Source: Dipteris shenzhenensis (Eukaryota). From it: DNA of 64,000 bases. The translations under genes and the position numbers were made by a program. Location: NCBI GenBank assembly GCA_047967505.1, contig CM106538.1. One strand, written 5' to 3'. Positions 12,201-26,199 of the stretch are shown piece after piece. Below the pieces are notes generated by a model, which was not told the DNA's origin, searched no databases, and saw only the letters and a list, made by a program, of their open reading frames with translations. Positions within the stretch are counted from its first letter, which is position 1. Each line of letters opens with the position of its first letter.

Positions 12201-15200
12201 TCCTCGGACGCTCCTGACTTCCACTACTAGCCCAACTAATTTAGTAGGTTAGAGACCCAACTCGCTTATATCCAAACCCTTAGGTTTGTTGTTCTCCTTC
12301 TTGGTAGGCTCTGTACTAGAAGACCTTATCGATTGTGATACCTCGGATGGAGTTGTAGTTTGGTCCTAGGCAACCTTATCCATCATATTATCACTTATAT
12401 GGATGGATACCTTGTTGTAGAGTTTGAAAGAAGTGGGATTCATAACCATTAAGTGGTCATGTAGCTTTGAGTCTGCCAATCCAATGAGCAAGCATGGCAA
12501 CAATCATTCGTCGCCTCTCATGCAGTTTGCAAGGAATTGAGGTGTTTGATCCTAGCAATGTAATCTCAGAGGGATTCCTTATCATTCTATTTCACCTCAT
12601 ATAACTGATTAATCGAGCTCCACTTATGACCATTGGGGGCAAATCCTACGATGAAGGCCTTCCGTAACATCTCCCAACTGACTTTCTTTTCTGGACTGAG
12701 GGCCTTGTACCATTGGCTTGCCTTACCATCCAAATGCATTAGTCATTTCCAGATCTTCGAGAGCACTAAATACTTCATAGATTTTCTCGAATCGCTCCAC
12801 ATGGGAGATTGGATATCCTTCCTAAAGAAATTTAGTTAACAATTTGGAGATGGCTATGGGTCGGCTCCTTGAGGGATTGGTGACCCCTGCTGAGAATACA
12901 GATGTCGCCAAGGGTGGGGTGGCCCCCCTTCCTAGAGCATTCACCAATCCGCATTGCCTCATCCGATAACACCATTTGGGAAGCTTGTGGAGGCAGCGTT
13001 GTTGTGGGCCTAATGGGTCATAGAGGTGGGCCTCAAGCCTTGCACGGGTGGTGGGATCCATTATGTTACCGGTACCAACGTTGGGGCTGTAAAGCCTACT
13101 CCCCTGTACATCAGAGCTGCAGCTGTGGGATTAAACTATCAACCTCCAAGAGGAAGCAGGATACCAGACATCTGCATGGATGTTCCTTGCATTGGTCAGT
13201 AAGGTGGAGCTTGCGGGGCCACATAGTGGGCGATTATTGTGGGCGGTTGGAAGGTCGAAAGTTCATAAGAGTTTCCCCATTGGAAGTCTTGTGTGTTTCC
13301 TCAGCCAGGGTTTTGCTCTACAAAGTCCCTCATCCATGGTTATTCACCCTCCATGTGCTCAGGGTCAGGGTGCCCTTTGAATACTTTGGGTCCTGAGTCC
13401 ACAAAGGCGGCCTCAATCCCTTTCCCTACCTGTGGCTCAAGCACTGGTTGTCATCGCTGGCCCCCCCTTTTTGTGGACATACACGGGTTCTCCATTTTTT
13501 CTAAATCTGTTCGGCCCAACTGTCCAAACATGTTGGATATCGTACATCCTAACTTGGAGGCTATGAAAGGAGCAACAAAATGAGGTGGAGCTAGGCCAGT
13601 ATATGGGGCTTCAGAAGCCCTCGGGCTAGCGGCGTCCTGCATTTCTTCGTTCAAGCTCTCGATCTCATCGGAGCTAGATGGGTCCTCACATCAAGGCCCT
13701 AACATGAAGTAAGAGCTGGGAATTGAGCTCCCTATTGGAGCTAACCGCAAACTTGGGCGAAAGGTGGGCTATGCGTACTTTGAAATACTATCCTTGAGCA
13801 CGGGTTCCTTTGACAAAATTCTTCCAGACCTCAATTCCATGTATGAGGTCTCTATGGAGGTGCACCTACGTTAAATTCAATTTTTACAAAGAATCTGTTC
13901 CCAGAGCTAAGCCATGGCGTGGGGATAGACTTATGGCGACAGTCAGCAGGTTAGATTTACGATGAGCTCAAGGCCACGGGTGTAGGGATAGCAGTTCGCA
14001 CATGTTGGTGGGTTAGGGTGAGATGGGTATGAAAAAGGTCGTTGGAATAGTGTTAAAGCAACGCACGACGGGATGATCAAGTAAAGGGGATGTGAGTAAG
14101 GCAACTGTCGGAGGTTAGCTGTAAAAGACGATATGGTGTGGGGATAGACTAAAGGCAACAGTCGGTGGGTTAGTTGCCTCAGAGGGATACCAGGATGGCA
14201 ACGGTCGTAGAGTTAACAGTATGGCAACGGATCATGGGAATAGGCTCAAGGCCACGGGTAGCAGTCCCCGACACATCATAAATAAGGCAGTGGATTAGGT
14301 GATTAACAAGAGCCAGGTCGTGGGGATAGAGCTAAGGTGATGATGGGTCATGGGGACAGAAAGCTAAAGCAATGGGTCATGGAGATAGAAACTCACAGTG
14401 TCACCTATTCTACCTATTCAATCCAAAAAACAACATTTGAATGACAAATGAGATGTTTTGCAGAATGTGACAGATTCTCCTTCCAAACAAATTTTAAATT
14501 CACTCAAAGCATTGCTTTTGTGTGTTTTTGTTGGAATTTGCTATCACATACACCTTGGCAAACCTCTAAACTATCTTCCTATCAATTCAAAATGGTGAAA
14601 ACATAAAAAACAAGCTTCACATGATCCAAAATGCTTTACAAAAAGAAAATGACAGCTTCATCTTTTTCCGTCCAAAACTCACACTTCTTCACTCATTCCT
14701 CTCCTACCACTCCACTACCAATGCTCCTGGTTAAGCTTGAAGTAATGAGGGGTCCATGATGAGAGAAGGCAAGTACAATGCAAAAGCATACCTTGGACTC
14801 CCCGACAACAACGCGCCAAAGATTTGGTCTCAACGGTCACTCATATGTCATGGGGATCTTGAAGGAATGCTGATGGATCCTCCACTCCAAGCTACTCCTT
14901 GTGAGAGAAATGCAAAGCACGAGTAGTCCACATGTGTCACTCAAGCGGCTCTCGGATTGTTGCAATGTGTTTCCACGAGAGAAAGAGGGAAAGGGGAGAT
15001 GGGAGAAGAGAGGGAGAAGGGGAGGAGAAGAGGAGAAGGAAGGGGGATGGAGTGGCAAACACAAAGGCACTACAAGGGAAATAAGAGAATACCCAAAGAC
15101 ACTCTTGAAAGAGAAGAGGGAGCTTGTATTCCAAACTTGTGCATACAACAATGAAGACCAAAGTCAACCATTTGGCCTTTTATACAAGTCACCTTTTGAA

Positions 15201-15590
15201 GGGGGGCCAACCCTTTTCCTTATACCACTCTCACTTGTCTCTCTTTTGTTACAATCACTTGGGCCCATATGGTGCCAAGGCATTCTCCCAACCTTTTCTT
15301 TGTCTTCAAATGGCTCTTGTGTTATCCTTGCCAATTTGGATGATCCCGGCAACTAGTTATGTCCTAAGCCATTCGAGGCTTAAAACCAGAAGGACTAGAC
15401 CGCTACTAGCCCATTTGCGGCTCAAAACCCATAGGACCGGATTGATGCTAAGCCATTTGTGGCTCAAAATCCATAGGGCCAGATCCGCCATTGTGCTCCA
15501 TGGCTATGGCTGTTAACATAATTGCTTCAACCAAGGTTGTTTATTGGTCAATCTTCGGGCTTGCACACAAGTGGTGGTACCGCAACATTG
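9300..15590 (-). mobile_element. Degenerate Ty3/Gypsy element, Athila-like, lacking RT/RNase H; boundaries approximate
   Basis: PBS-like tggcgcgttgttgtcggggag (rc of 14798-14818) resembles the tRNA-Asp Athila PBS. Gag-like start MELRSGRIL at 13840; two zinc knuckles (11166-11576); protease VDTILDGGAG / VKLADDG...FVVMDF (10524-10850); integrase remnants PYYPRAN and LKEGDLALLY...GPY (9723-10250). No 3' LTR found. Confidence 0.7.
15364..15488. repeat. Three ~42-bp tandem units within the putative LTR region
   Basis: cta(a/g)(g/c)ccatt..ggct.aaaa.cc..agg units start at 15364, 15406 and 15448. Confidence 0.75.
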
Positions 15591-17149
15591 GCAGGTCTAA
15601 CATAACAGTTACATTGGAGCTCTCTTGGTTAGGGGATGAGTTGGCTCTTTGTGGATTTTGGCACCCCTTGAGTCTCCACATAGTCAGAAGGGGTCAAGAT
15701 GATGGAGAGGATCGGTCAAGAAGGAGCCCAAAGAATCTAAATGATAGATAAAGGTTTTGAACCCCTAGGTAGTTTGACTCAGTCTATAAAAGGAGGATCT
15801 GATTGATGATTTGGCTTTCCATCTACTCTCGATTCTCAATGACTCATCGCTCTTGTAATTTGTAAAAATCACTCTTGTCATTTGTACTCTCATTACTCTA
15901 TAAACCCATTGTACTCATTACTCTTGTTATTTTATTACATAATCTTTATTGCAAGCTTCCTTAGGTTGATCAACCGTTTAATGAGCTTGAAGAATGAACA
16001 TAAATTTGTATGGACTATGGAATGTCAAACTAGCATTAAGGATTAATTAGTCATGTGTAGGGTGGTTGGTCTCTAGCATTTGTAAAGACTTATTTGCATC
16101 ATCTATGTTCACACACTTGCCATCCAAGAGTGGCATTTGCACCCACTAATAGCCAACTATAGTAGCATGGGATCAATCCACCTTTTCTAGGGATGCCATA
16201 TAGGCACATACATCTACAAGGCAAATAAAGGTAGTATCATTTATCTCGAGACCAAGACCTGCATTTGAACAAACAATTGCAAGGAGTCCTTGCCATGCCA
16301 ATTCAAGGAAAAGGCAACAATCATAACATTCAAAAGACCACATTATGTAGTTGTATAAATAGGCACATGATTTGGTTTATGTCCACAGAGGATGCTGACT
16401 ATCCACCCTATTACTACAATTCAAGCAACATGACCTGCCTCTTTGTCTCCACTAAAGACATAAGGTAATATTTAATTATTATATGGTTACTTTTCGTATT
16501 GGCCCCCCCAAAAAAGGATAGAGACCCAATCATTGCCATTACAATGCCATATGAACATAATAAAAATGATGTGGTTGGCATTTGTGTTTGGATATCATCC
16601 AAATCACGTCATAACCCACAAAAATTATGGATATGTGTGATTTCCCTTTTAGTCCTTATAATCTTAGAATACATATAGTTTATGCATAGTGGTGCACCAT
16701 TTTATGTGCCACTATTAAGTGGTTGTCTATGATAACCTTCAAACTTGTGATACTATTAACCCAATAATAGCCTCCTTTGAGCCATTGCAATCCCTTAGGA
16801 GCATTCATCATAGAAATGCCTAATATACCTCGGGTTTGCATATGGGGCATACCATTTCATGATCTCCTACAAAATTTATGGATATTTAGTGAATATATGT
16901 TCACAATTGTACCATGCTCTTTGCCTACTGGGGAATGCACTATACCCAACAAGTGTGTGTCTTGACTTAAAAGCCGTCACACTTTTGGAGCATGGTTTAC
17001 CAAGTAATGTAGCCCCTCTACTAAAAATCTAGAATATGTCCCCTAGGTGTGTTGTTTTCATTCATAGCCATCGAAATTTTGGAACATGTATACATAAGTT
17101 AGAGTGTATGTACTCAATCTAGTATCCAATACCACAAAATGAGCAAAAC

Positions 17150-17346
17150 ATGTGTTTTTGTGTGCCCGCATGTGCATGTGCATGTGCATGTGTGTGCGTG
17201 CGTGTGCGTGCGTGTGCGTGCATGTGCATGTGGGGGGGTGTGTGTGTGTGCGCGCACGCGCTTGTGCATGCGCGTGCGCTTGTGTGTGCATGTGCGTGTG
17301 CGTGTGCGTGTGTGTGTGCATGTGCATGTGTGCGTCTGTGTGTGTG
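17150..17346. repeat. Compound alternating purine-pyrimidine microsatellite (TG/CG/CA)
   Basis: About 200 bp of tgtgcg/tgtgca/tgtgtg units. Confidence 0.9.
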
Positions 17347-18775
17347 AAGAAGTATGTATGGTGATCAATGCACAAAAGGATAGAAGAGTTGTGTCTCTTT
17401 AATAAAATAAAGGCATGAAACTTAGAGGTCCTTATCATGGATCCTTTATTATCCTTCAAATAAAATGTGGAAAGTCATGAATCCATATTTCTAAAGCTTG
17501 GGTTAACATGCAAAAGGTTAGGCCAAATAAAGTAAAGGTTTAGTAATCAAAAAGTTAAGTCCCATTACTAGTAAAGGTTTGATAATCAAATAAGTAATGA
17601 AGCCTTTTATAAATATTTTTCTAAAAAAATCATGAGCGTGCAAGAACATAAAACGTGACTCTCTATTCTTTCAACTTTACCAAGTAATATAAAGCTCATA
17701 AGAGCAAGGAGAACACAAGTTTATTTCATCTAAATAATTGTCATAACATAATTAATCAAAATTTATTACGCCACAAACCCAATCCTGGGAAAATTGTAAT
17801 ATACTTTTTAAAAAAGAAAAGGTTTTCATTAAAGAAAACCCCCAAAAAAACATATTTGGTTCATGTCAATTATTGAACCATGTAACCAACAAATATTTGG
17901 TAGAAATGCTTTTTTAAACATTAAAGAAATCTCTCTCTGTGTGTGTGTGTGTCTCTCTCTCTCTCTGTGGCCTTTTCTAGTACTTGGACCACTTTCTTGG
18001 CTAATTGACTATCATGATTAGGTTTGTATTGGTCTCCTTGGTCGAGATGCCACAACATAGAGACACCGTGGTGAAACACATCAGCATGCAGGAGGTCAAT
18101 AGTCACATAAGACAAAGCTAGACGAGACACAGGAAACAAAGCTAGATTGGATAGGAGACAAAGCTAGACCAGATAGGAGGCAATACAAAATTGTACAGAG
18201 ATAGATCAGACGGTGACATGAGATAAAGCTAGACCAAACACATTGGCATGTTAGACTTCTACACATTCAAGGCGGCACCAGGACACAAAGGAGTGGAAGG
18301 AGGAGTAGCTAATTGATATGAGGGTAGATGGATTAGCGGGAGACGTAACAAGGAGTTGTGGTAGCAGAGCCACAAAGACCATGCACAGAGAAGAGATTGA
18401 CCAAAGCATGCATGATGGAGGCCCAACTTATCCTAGATCTACTCAAAGGGGACCGTCAGAGTCGAGATGCCACTCTTGACATGGTCCATTAGATGAGCAT
18501 CAGATATAGAGATCAAGGAGGCCACACCCCCCGTGCCATAGCAAGAGATGACCTGATAAAGACAAGGACAAGATATCTTCATATCCCATCAGAGGACTAC
18601 CATGGCACCAGGATCGTAGTTGAATATATCTCCACTTTCTCACAAAATTTTTGAGCTTTAAGTTCTAGTACTTGAGTTTCAAAGTATAGCACTACTTAGC
18701 TTGTATGGGATACTATTTTGATTTTACCTTGTCCCATTGGCCCATGAGGCAAGCCTAGGTCTCTTTTGAAGATGT

Positions 18776-18778
<3 letters not shown>

Positions 18779-18817
<39 letters not shown>
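18779..18817. repeat. (CT)n microsatellite
   Basis: Perfect TC run. Confidence 0.9.
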
Positions 18818-18820
<3 letters not shown>

Positions 18821-19229
18821 AGAGTCTTGGAGAGGCTAGTTGGACTGAACTAGTAAATCGCAATAGTGGATAGTATAGTTGAGAGGATTGTCCTCATATC
18901 ATCGTGTCATGTAAAGCACCACCACAATTGCTCAGAGGTAAGAAGATATCTTGGAGCAAATAGCTATAATGCTATAAAAAGTGAGATTCAACTCTTGAAG
19001 GCACCCGAGTGTGGGATGGGCAACATGTCTCTTTTTATACTCTATTTGCTATTACTTGCTCCTTTGAAAACCTTGTATTGAATCTCGTGAAATTAGCAAT
19101 TCGATGTGAATGAGATGTGAGCTTGTAAATTTATTAACAATAAATAACAAGAATTACAAAAACCATTAGTGCTTTAATGAACATAATTAGTTTAAATCAT
19201 ATTTTGCAAGCAGATATGACTATCGTTTA

Positions 19230-19503
19230 AATTTTGTTTTGGTTCTTCTTTGGAAATCTTACATCAAATTTCAAGGAAATTTGATATTTGAGGTTGCACG
19301 AGATATGTGCTTGTCTTCCCAATAGTTCACCTTCTCTTTCCAATATTCCACATTCTCATCCTCATTTGAATTTTGTTTTGGTTCTTCTTTGAGAATCTTA
19401 CATCAGATTTCAAGAGAATTTGATATTTGAGGCTGCATGAGATATGTACTTATCTGCCCAATAGTTCGCCTTCTCTTTCCAATATTCCACATTCTCATTC
19501 TCT
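19230..19503. repeat. Diverged tandem duplication, ~139-bp period
   Basis: aattttgttttggttcttcttt...caatattccacattctcat starts at 19230 and 19369. Confidence 0.85.
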
Positions 19504-20095
19504 CCTTGTGCTCCACCGTGGCTGCTCTCGGTCCGATCTTGATACTTTTCACTCTCTTCCTGAGTGGAATCCTTCCTGTCTTTAAAGCTCTCTTGTAGCT
19601 CCTGCATCACCGCCGTAATGGGTGCATTGTCCCTTCTCAGTTGAGCTATAATATCATCTTTCCCAATATTCAATGCGTTCTATATCTTGCAGAACTTTTG
19701 GTAAAGAGCTTCCTTTTCCGCTCTCCAAGCATCAAGTTGTTCTGCTAGATTGGCCTCTGCTTGGTTATCATCCGTTCTACTGTCTTCAAGCTGTCGCTGC
19801 AGGTACTTGACCTGCCTCTCTGCATCTTCTTGTCTCTGGCTTTCCTTCGGAGCTACTCTATGACTCTACTAGTCCACGGGTAGTAAGTGGGTTGGGGTTG
19901 TGGGTTCACCACCTTGTTGATATTGAAATGAGGAGTAGATGTTGGGAGTTACATTGCTTGTAGAAGTGGAATAGCTAGGGGGCACCTACGTTGCCAACCA
20001 TTCTCATTTTAAGCTAGATTACTCTGCAAAATTCAGCTCCTCGTCTTCTTCCACCGTGCAAACTTCAGCTCATCGTCTTCAAAAACCTGCAGCCC

Positions 20096-20333
20096 ATGGC
20101 TTCCCATGGCCTTCTTTACCTTCGGCCCTTCGGTTTCACAGTTCCCAGTTTCAATGGGTGCTCTGCCTCAGAGATTGGAGTACTTGGAATTGGCATTCGC
20201 CGCAACTTCTCTGACCTATTACGGTCTCCTTGTCGCGCTGGGAGCCTCAGTTGTTCTTTCGTACTTGGACTACAGCACGGTCCGGAACCTATTACGGGGG
20301 CACGAAACTGCGTTCCTCGTCGGTTTCTATCAA
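20096..20333 (+). CDS. GET3: Candidate exon 1 (organellar transit peptide) of the GET3/ArsA-family ATPase
   Basis: cccATGGCT start; Ser/Arg/Gly-rich MASHGLL...CVPRRFLS; strong donor A|GTAAGT at 20334 in phase 1, matching the phase-1 acceptor at 48672 and giving ...RFLS-K-VRAVATP. Confidence 0.6.
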
Positions 20334-21077
20334 GTAAGTTTCCTAAGAGCGCCAATTTAATCGTCTGAGAGCGAAAATAAATCACACGGGACTTATGACC
20401 GAACGCCATCAACGATCGAAATAAGGTTTTTTAAGGAAAACAGTGTTTGAAGTCAATACCAATGCGACGAGTGCAATAAAGATATCTGTGTGCAATTGGA
20501 CAAGTAAAAGCCTCAATTGTTCCATAATGTTTATTTAGAAAGGAAAGTCCAGCAGTGATCGTGGGACGATCGTGACATGAGCAGCAAAAGTCACGCAGGC
20601 TAGAAAGAGCGCCTCGTGAAGGGAAGAAAAATCATGAGGGGGATCGCGTCAACTTCGCAGGGTTGGCCCAAGAAGGCCAGGAGGTTTCTATATCATTCAA
20701 TGTTGTTAATAACGGGATTACGTAAGCTCAGAAATCAAAGGACAGACGTTTACCACTAGGTTGAAGTTCTCGACCCTTGCGATGTCCCTCTTTCTCCTTA
20801 CTGGTGCTTAGATTGTCAAAGGCTCTTGCCAGGTGTCTAACTCATTATCTGAAAGAGGAACTAGTGAGGTTGTTGTGAGAGTGAAAGGAAGAGAATGTCA
20901 AGTAGGTATGAGCTAGAGCAATGAAAGGAGTTACGTGATGGGGAAACACTTACCTTAAACAAAAGTAAAATGAGGGGAGGAATGAGACCGGTGATAGCCA
21001 TCAAAAGGCATGTGAAGATGGGGTGGTGGAAGAAAGGAGGAAAGGCCCAAGGTGCTGTAACAAACGTATGCATTCCA

Positions 21078-22693
21078 TGTTAGAAATGACCCAACAGAGG
21101 GTACACACAGCGGAAGACTTATAGTAATGCCGAGGAGCTCACACAGTGTGGTGTGGGTGCGGAATCACAAACTTCTTTACTTATGTGCATTCAATAGATG
21201 TGCAGACTCATCAATAGACAATGAACCGGCCAGATAGAGAAACCACCAAAATATATATATTTCCGTCCAGAACTATGGACACGATACAAGAGAGATAGAT
21301 CCAGAGTCCCCCCAATGGTGTGGTCCTCTGATCTTACCGCAAGGTCCTTCTCCTATCTGCTGGCTATCTCTAGACTCGAGTCTGCCTTCTGACCAACTGC
21401 TGCGAGCTGGTCCCGCACAACTTTCACCTTTATCAGATGATCATGCACACTATCACCCTCATTCATATCAAGATTATAAAGCTGATGCTAAAGAGTAATG
21501 ATACGGGCTGTATTATCGGTTTCATACAGCTCCTTCAGTATGGCCCACGCCTCTGAAGACGTCTCTGCCAACTGGATATGAGGAATCACAGCATCTGCTG
21601 TCGTGCCAATAAGCATTGCTAAGGCTTGAGCATCCCTCTCCTCCCATGCACTGAGTTCATCCGCATCTGCTTCAACTAGAACTTCACCTCTTTTGTCCAC
21701 AATGTCCTCCGGCTTCTCCTCGGTCCCAATCACTATCTTCCACAGCTTCCATGCCAACAGATGGCTTCGGATCTTGACTTTCCATCTAGTGTGTTCTTCT
21801 CCACCTTACTGCCTGTGAATCAGCCTAGGTGGGCAGCCCTTGCCAAGCTTTGTCTGCAGCACACAGGTCCCTGTTCCATTGCTCCAACCTGCTTGTGAAT
21901 GACTGCTCCAGAAGGTATGATGATCACAACACCTTGCTGCCCTAGAAGACAGCCAAGGTCCAGCCTCTAGGAACTCAGTCTGCAGCTCACCTTCAACTCT
22001 CCTTCACCCCCAGTGTGAGGCCCAAGGGAGTGGCTCCTGGCTGCTCGTGTCTGCTCCTGAACTGCTGGATAGTTGGATGAATAATGGGGCATGAAGCCCC
22101 TCCTTTTATAGGCCTAGGTGGCCTGTCAAAAACCCGACCAGTCTGTCCCAATCTGGGCCGACTGGACAGACCAGGTTGGCTGGCCCAACCGACCTGGTTG
22201 GCTCAGCCCAACCAGCCCCTATATAAGGGCCCTAGCCAGGCCCTTTTGGGCTGCTGCTAGGCTCCCCTTTGCTGCTGCTGGAGACCCTGCTGCAGGCTGT
22301 ATACCTGCCCATAGACCCTGCCATCTTTCTTCATGCAGGCGCCTTCCTGCTGCAGCATCCTTGCCTCCTGCCAGGCCTTCACCCTCCTGCCAGGCCTTCA
22401 CCAGCCCCGTACAGCCACGTATGCATACCGTACCCTTCCGTACTGCTGCGCCGTCTGTCCTTGCTGGAAATCCCTGCGCAATCAGGCTGCTGCAGGTCCC
22501 TGATGTCCACGTGTCTGCCCTGTACATCAGGAGCTCCACGACTTGCGAGGTACCCTTCTTGCTTTGTGTGAGGAGCTGCCCATGTGGCAGTCCCCCTCCC
22601 TTTCTCTTCTCTGGGCATCTTCTGCCCTAGGTCTCCCCCCCCCACGCTCTCCTCATTTGGGGGCTTACAGATGGGGAGGTGACCATTCCAACA
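21078..22693 (-). mobile_element. Internally deleted relative of element A (LTR part, gag fragment, LTR part)
   Basis: Starts tgttagaaat and ends ccattccaaca, like the family-A LTRs. Gag piece AWKLWKIVIGTEEKP...LKELYETDNTARII at ~21380-21790. Near-TSD ttcca/ttcga. Confidence 0.75.
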
Positions 22694-25600
22694 TTCGATA
22701 GATATCCATTTCTATTTTCCCTCATTTACTTTGTTTACTGATCATTAGTGTGAGTTCTTGTTACAGGATTTCACTCATAGGCTGGTCCTCTCCATCATGA
22801 TGCAAATCCTGTGGATAGTCATAATCAGCTCTACTCACTTCACTTGGCACGGTTTTAGCCATGTTCAGTCACACCATCTTTCTTATGGCGTTGGAACCTT
22901 TCATGAGCGTAGCCACAGCCAACACCCCTTTTTAATGACACACCGTGGTTTGACACCCATTTTGTCCAGAAGCTCTCAAGAATAAGTCGAGGATGTCTTC
23001 TTCATGTGGACCTAATCCTGCACGTCCAATATCTCCAAGAGCTTCTCTGCATCGTTCACGAAACGACAGGTCCATTCGAGAACATTGGTACAATTCTTAG
23101 TTGGAGTCTTTTAAATTTCAAGGCACCAATAGAACCACCCAATTATCCTCGCAAAAGATAGGAACTGACCAAACCCCATAAGGTACCATGGATCTTGGAT
23201 CCTTGTGATTGGTTTGTTAGAAATCAACCAATAGAGGGTACAGCGGAAGACATATGTTGGATCCTTGTGATTGGTCTGTTAGAAATTGCACAGCGGAAGA
23301 CTGATAGAATAGCCCAGGAGCTTACACAGTGCGTGTGAGATGTGGAATCACAAACTTCTTAACTTTATGTGCTTCAACTAGATGTGCAGACTAGTAAATA
23401 GACAACAATCCAGCCAGATATAGAAACCACCAAAACAATGTATTTCCGTCCAAAGCTATGGACACAATACAAAAGATCGAGCCAGAGTCCCACCAGGATG
23501 TGGTCCTCTGATCTTACCACAAGTTACTTCTGCTATCTGCCGGATATCTCTAGATCACTGAGCCCGCGTGCTCGACCTTGAGCGTATGTAGACTCTCCTT
23601 CCAAAGACCTTAGCACCTTGCTGCCCTAGAAGACAGCCTAGGTTCTAGCCCTAGATGAGCTCAGTCTGCAGCACCAGTGGGACTCCTCTACCTCCTAGAT
23701 GTAGGTCTGAGAGTAAGTCTTGCTGCTCCTGCTGCTCCCGAAAACTGCTGGCTGCTGGATGTTGAAATGCCCTGCCAAAGGGCTCCTTTTATAGGTCCCA
23801 AAGGGGCTCAAAACTGACCGACTTGAAGGGGCCTCCTGGCCGACTTTGTCTGTCCCCCAACTGACCCCATCAGCTCCCCTATATGGGGCTGTGGGCTGCC
23901 CATTCTTGGGCTGTGGGCTGGCCGGCTTGTTTGGCCAGCCGACCAGCCTTCTTGGCCCTATATAAGGGCAGGGTGCTGCCCACTTGCAGCCCCTCCCTTT
24001 GCTGCAACACCTGGCCCATTGGATGTCCCTGGTCTGCACCATTCTAGGCCTGGTTGGCCAGCCCAAACCTGCCTATCTATGGCCGACCCTGCTGCAGATA
24101 TTCCGCCATATATTGTCATTTCTAGAGATCACTCCGCCTTCTAGTGCTGCTCCAGATCTGCCTCTTCCAGGCCAGATCCATGCTGTGTATGCATTGCCAT
24201 CTTCCTGTTCATAGGCTCCATTTGTTGCAGCCACCATGGCTCCTCCACAAGTTTCTGGGAGGTGCTGCCCATGTGGCAGCCCCCCCTCTCTCTCTCTTCT
24301 CTGGGCATATCCTGCCCTGGGTCTCCCTCCCCCATGCTCTTATAGATGGGGAGGTGACCTTTCCAACACCCCCTTCGACCGACACTTCTCAGTCCAATGC
24401 CAACCCGTCGATGACATTGCCCCAGCAGCTCTCTGGAGCAATTCGGTGTCGATTCCGGTTCCTGGCTTTTCAACCAGTGGCTCTTGCTCCTCCAGGTCCG
24501 GTCCTGCACAAGCAAACCATCCTGGTACACAGGTCCATCCAAGGTAGCACCAGATGGCACCATCACCTTCAGTCATTTCCTGCCTTTGAACTTGAGCAAT
24601 CCAGACGCCATCATCTTCCAGTTGTCCCCCTTATAATGAGTGACTGGAGTCTTCTAGGCACCGTGCTCTCAGGGTCTGTTTTAACCCGTCCTTCCTCTGG
24701 CAAGGTCCACAATAAATGAACCATGAAATCCCAAGAGTATCTGCAGATAACTTGGACCATGAACTCTCACTGAGCTCTCAAGCAAGTACTCTTATGGCTT
24801 CAGTACACTTTGTCCATAATCACCTTCTAGCAATCTGCGTTCGAGATTTGAGGAAGCACCCACACTTCCCCTTCTGCCTTCGAAGAAGGCACATTCCTTC
24901 CAATCTCGCATTACTCGAGACATATGAAGAGCATATTCTCTCCACATCATGCTATAAAGGCATAAATTAATGACATTATGTACATACCAGAACGTCATAT
25001 TACATGTGTGCTTGCTTTGAAAGCAAACCATGCACCTCAAGGAGGCACATACCAATAGCTTGTGTAATCCTATATTGCCCCCTTCTGAATTATAGCATCC
25101 ATCTGAACCTGAAACCCTAGGGCTCTCCATGGAATCTACCCTTGTGTAAGTATCAGCAGCCACGCACCTGGAAGAGTCCAAGCACTCCATGCTGTCCTTC
25201 ACCTCCACAAAGGTCTCTGACTCCTTGTCGGCCCACATCTCAATCACTGTTGTAGTGAAGGGGAAAGGGACAGATTTGGAGATGGGGATAGAATAGCAGA
25301 AGGAAGGGAGGAGAAGAGAGGGGAAGGGGAAAGAGAGAGGAAGAGAGAGAAGAATGAGGGTAGAGAGATAGAGAGAGGGAGGAGAGAGAGTGTGAGTGTA
25401 GGCCTGCAGGAAGCAGGAAGGAGGAGGGAGAGTAGATAGACAGTCCAGCAAAGGCATAGTGGAAGATTCATCAATTACAACATCCCGGCTGACAAAACAC
25501 TTGCTCGTGCGGGGATGATATGGCTTATAGCCCCTGCTCTCGGAACTATACCCAAGAAAAATCCACTTAACAGCTTTATCATCCAACTTAGTGCGCTTTT

Positions 25601-26199
25601 GTGAAGGCACATGAGCATAGGCTAAGCATCCAAAAGTCCTCATGTGGGAAATGCGAGGCTTACGACACATCCAAGCCTCATAAGGTGTGATAGTCTGCAA
25701 TGCTATAGGAGTGACAGGCTCTGAAAGCAAGCAAATGAGGGCTGGAAATGAAAAATACAGCAAAGGAAGTGCTCCCACGAGGAGGAGAGCACGTAGAAAT
25801 GGAGAGAAAGAGATCCAATGGAGGGGAACTCGCAGCCCAAGGCAAAGGGATGCCAAATGAGGAGGGAAGGGCTATAAGAGAAGTCTCCGGATCAATTCAG
25901 CACACTCCAAATGGCTCCAAACGCCGGCACGCATGCTAAGGCAGCTCCGAAATGCTGAGAAACCTTCAATCTAAATGGCACACATCCTGAGGCGGATTAG
26001 ATGTCACATCCAAAAAGGTACATAGTAGGACGTGGATGGAGACTTATATAGTACCTCCACATTTTCCACCTAAAGGCCCTCTAACTTGGCCTCTTTTTCC
26101 CCTTCATTACAGCCATCCCTTCCCATAGAATCTTGCCCTCAAAATTTCATATGCGGGCTGTTAAATAGGTGCAGCAAACAGCAAATAATAATCAGCCCG

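Noticed and set aside
15590-17050. Possible LTR or DNA-transposon remnants
   Set aside because: No recognisable domain or terminal repeats.
17058-17459. His/Thr- and Cys/Val-rich ORFs
   Set aside because: They are translations of the microsatellite.
19410-19990. Coiled-coil-like broken ORF on the minus strand
   Set aside because: No diagnostic motif; possibly a gag relic but unsupported.
20106-20360. Hydrophobic 84-aa ORF, and a PBS-like gagcgcca at ~20347
   Set aside because: This frame meets the donor in phase 0, which is incompatible with the GET3 exon. No LTR pair supports the PBS reading, although it is not fully excluded.
22740-23200. Older element hosting A (continuing at 44303-44900)
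   Set aside because: Probably repeat-derived, given similarity of 44325-44500 to 46200-46510, but it cannot be classified from the sequence.
24792-25856. 354-aa ORF
   Set aside because: Chance read-through across filler DNA, an integrase shard, LTR B and the interior of A; not one gene.
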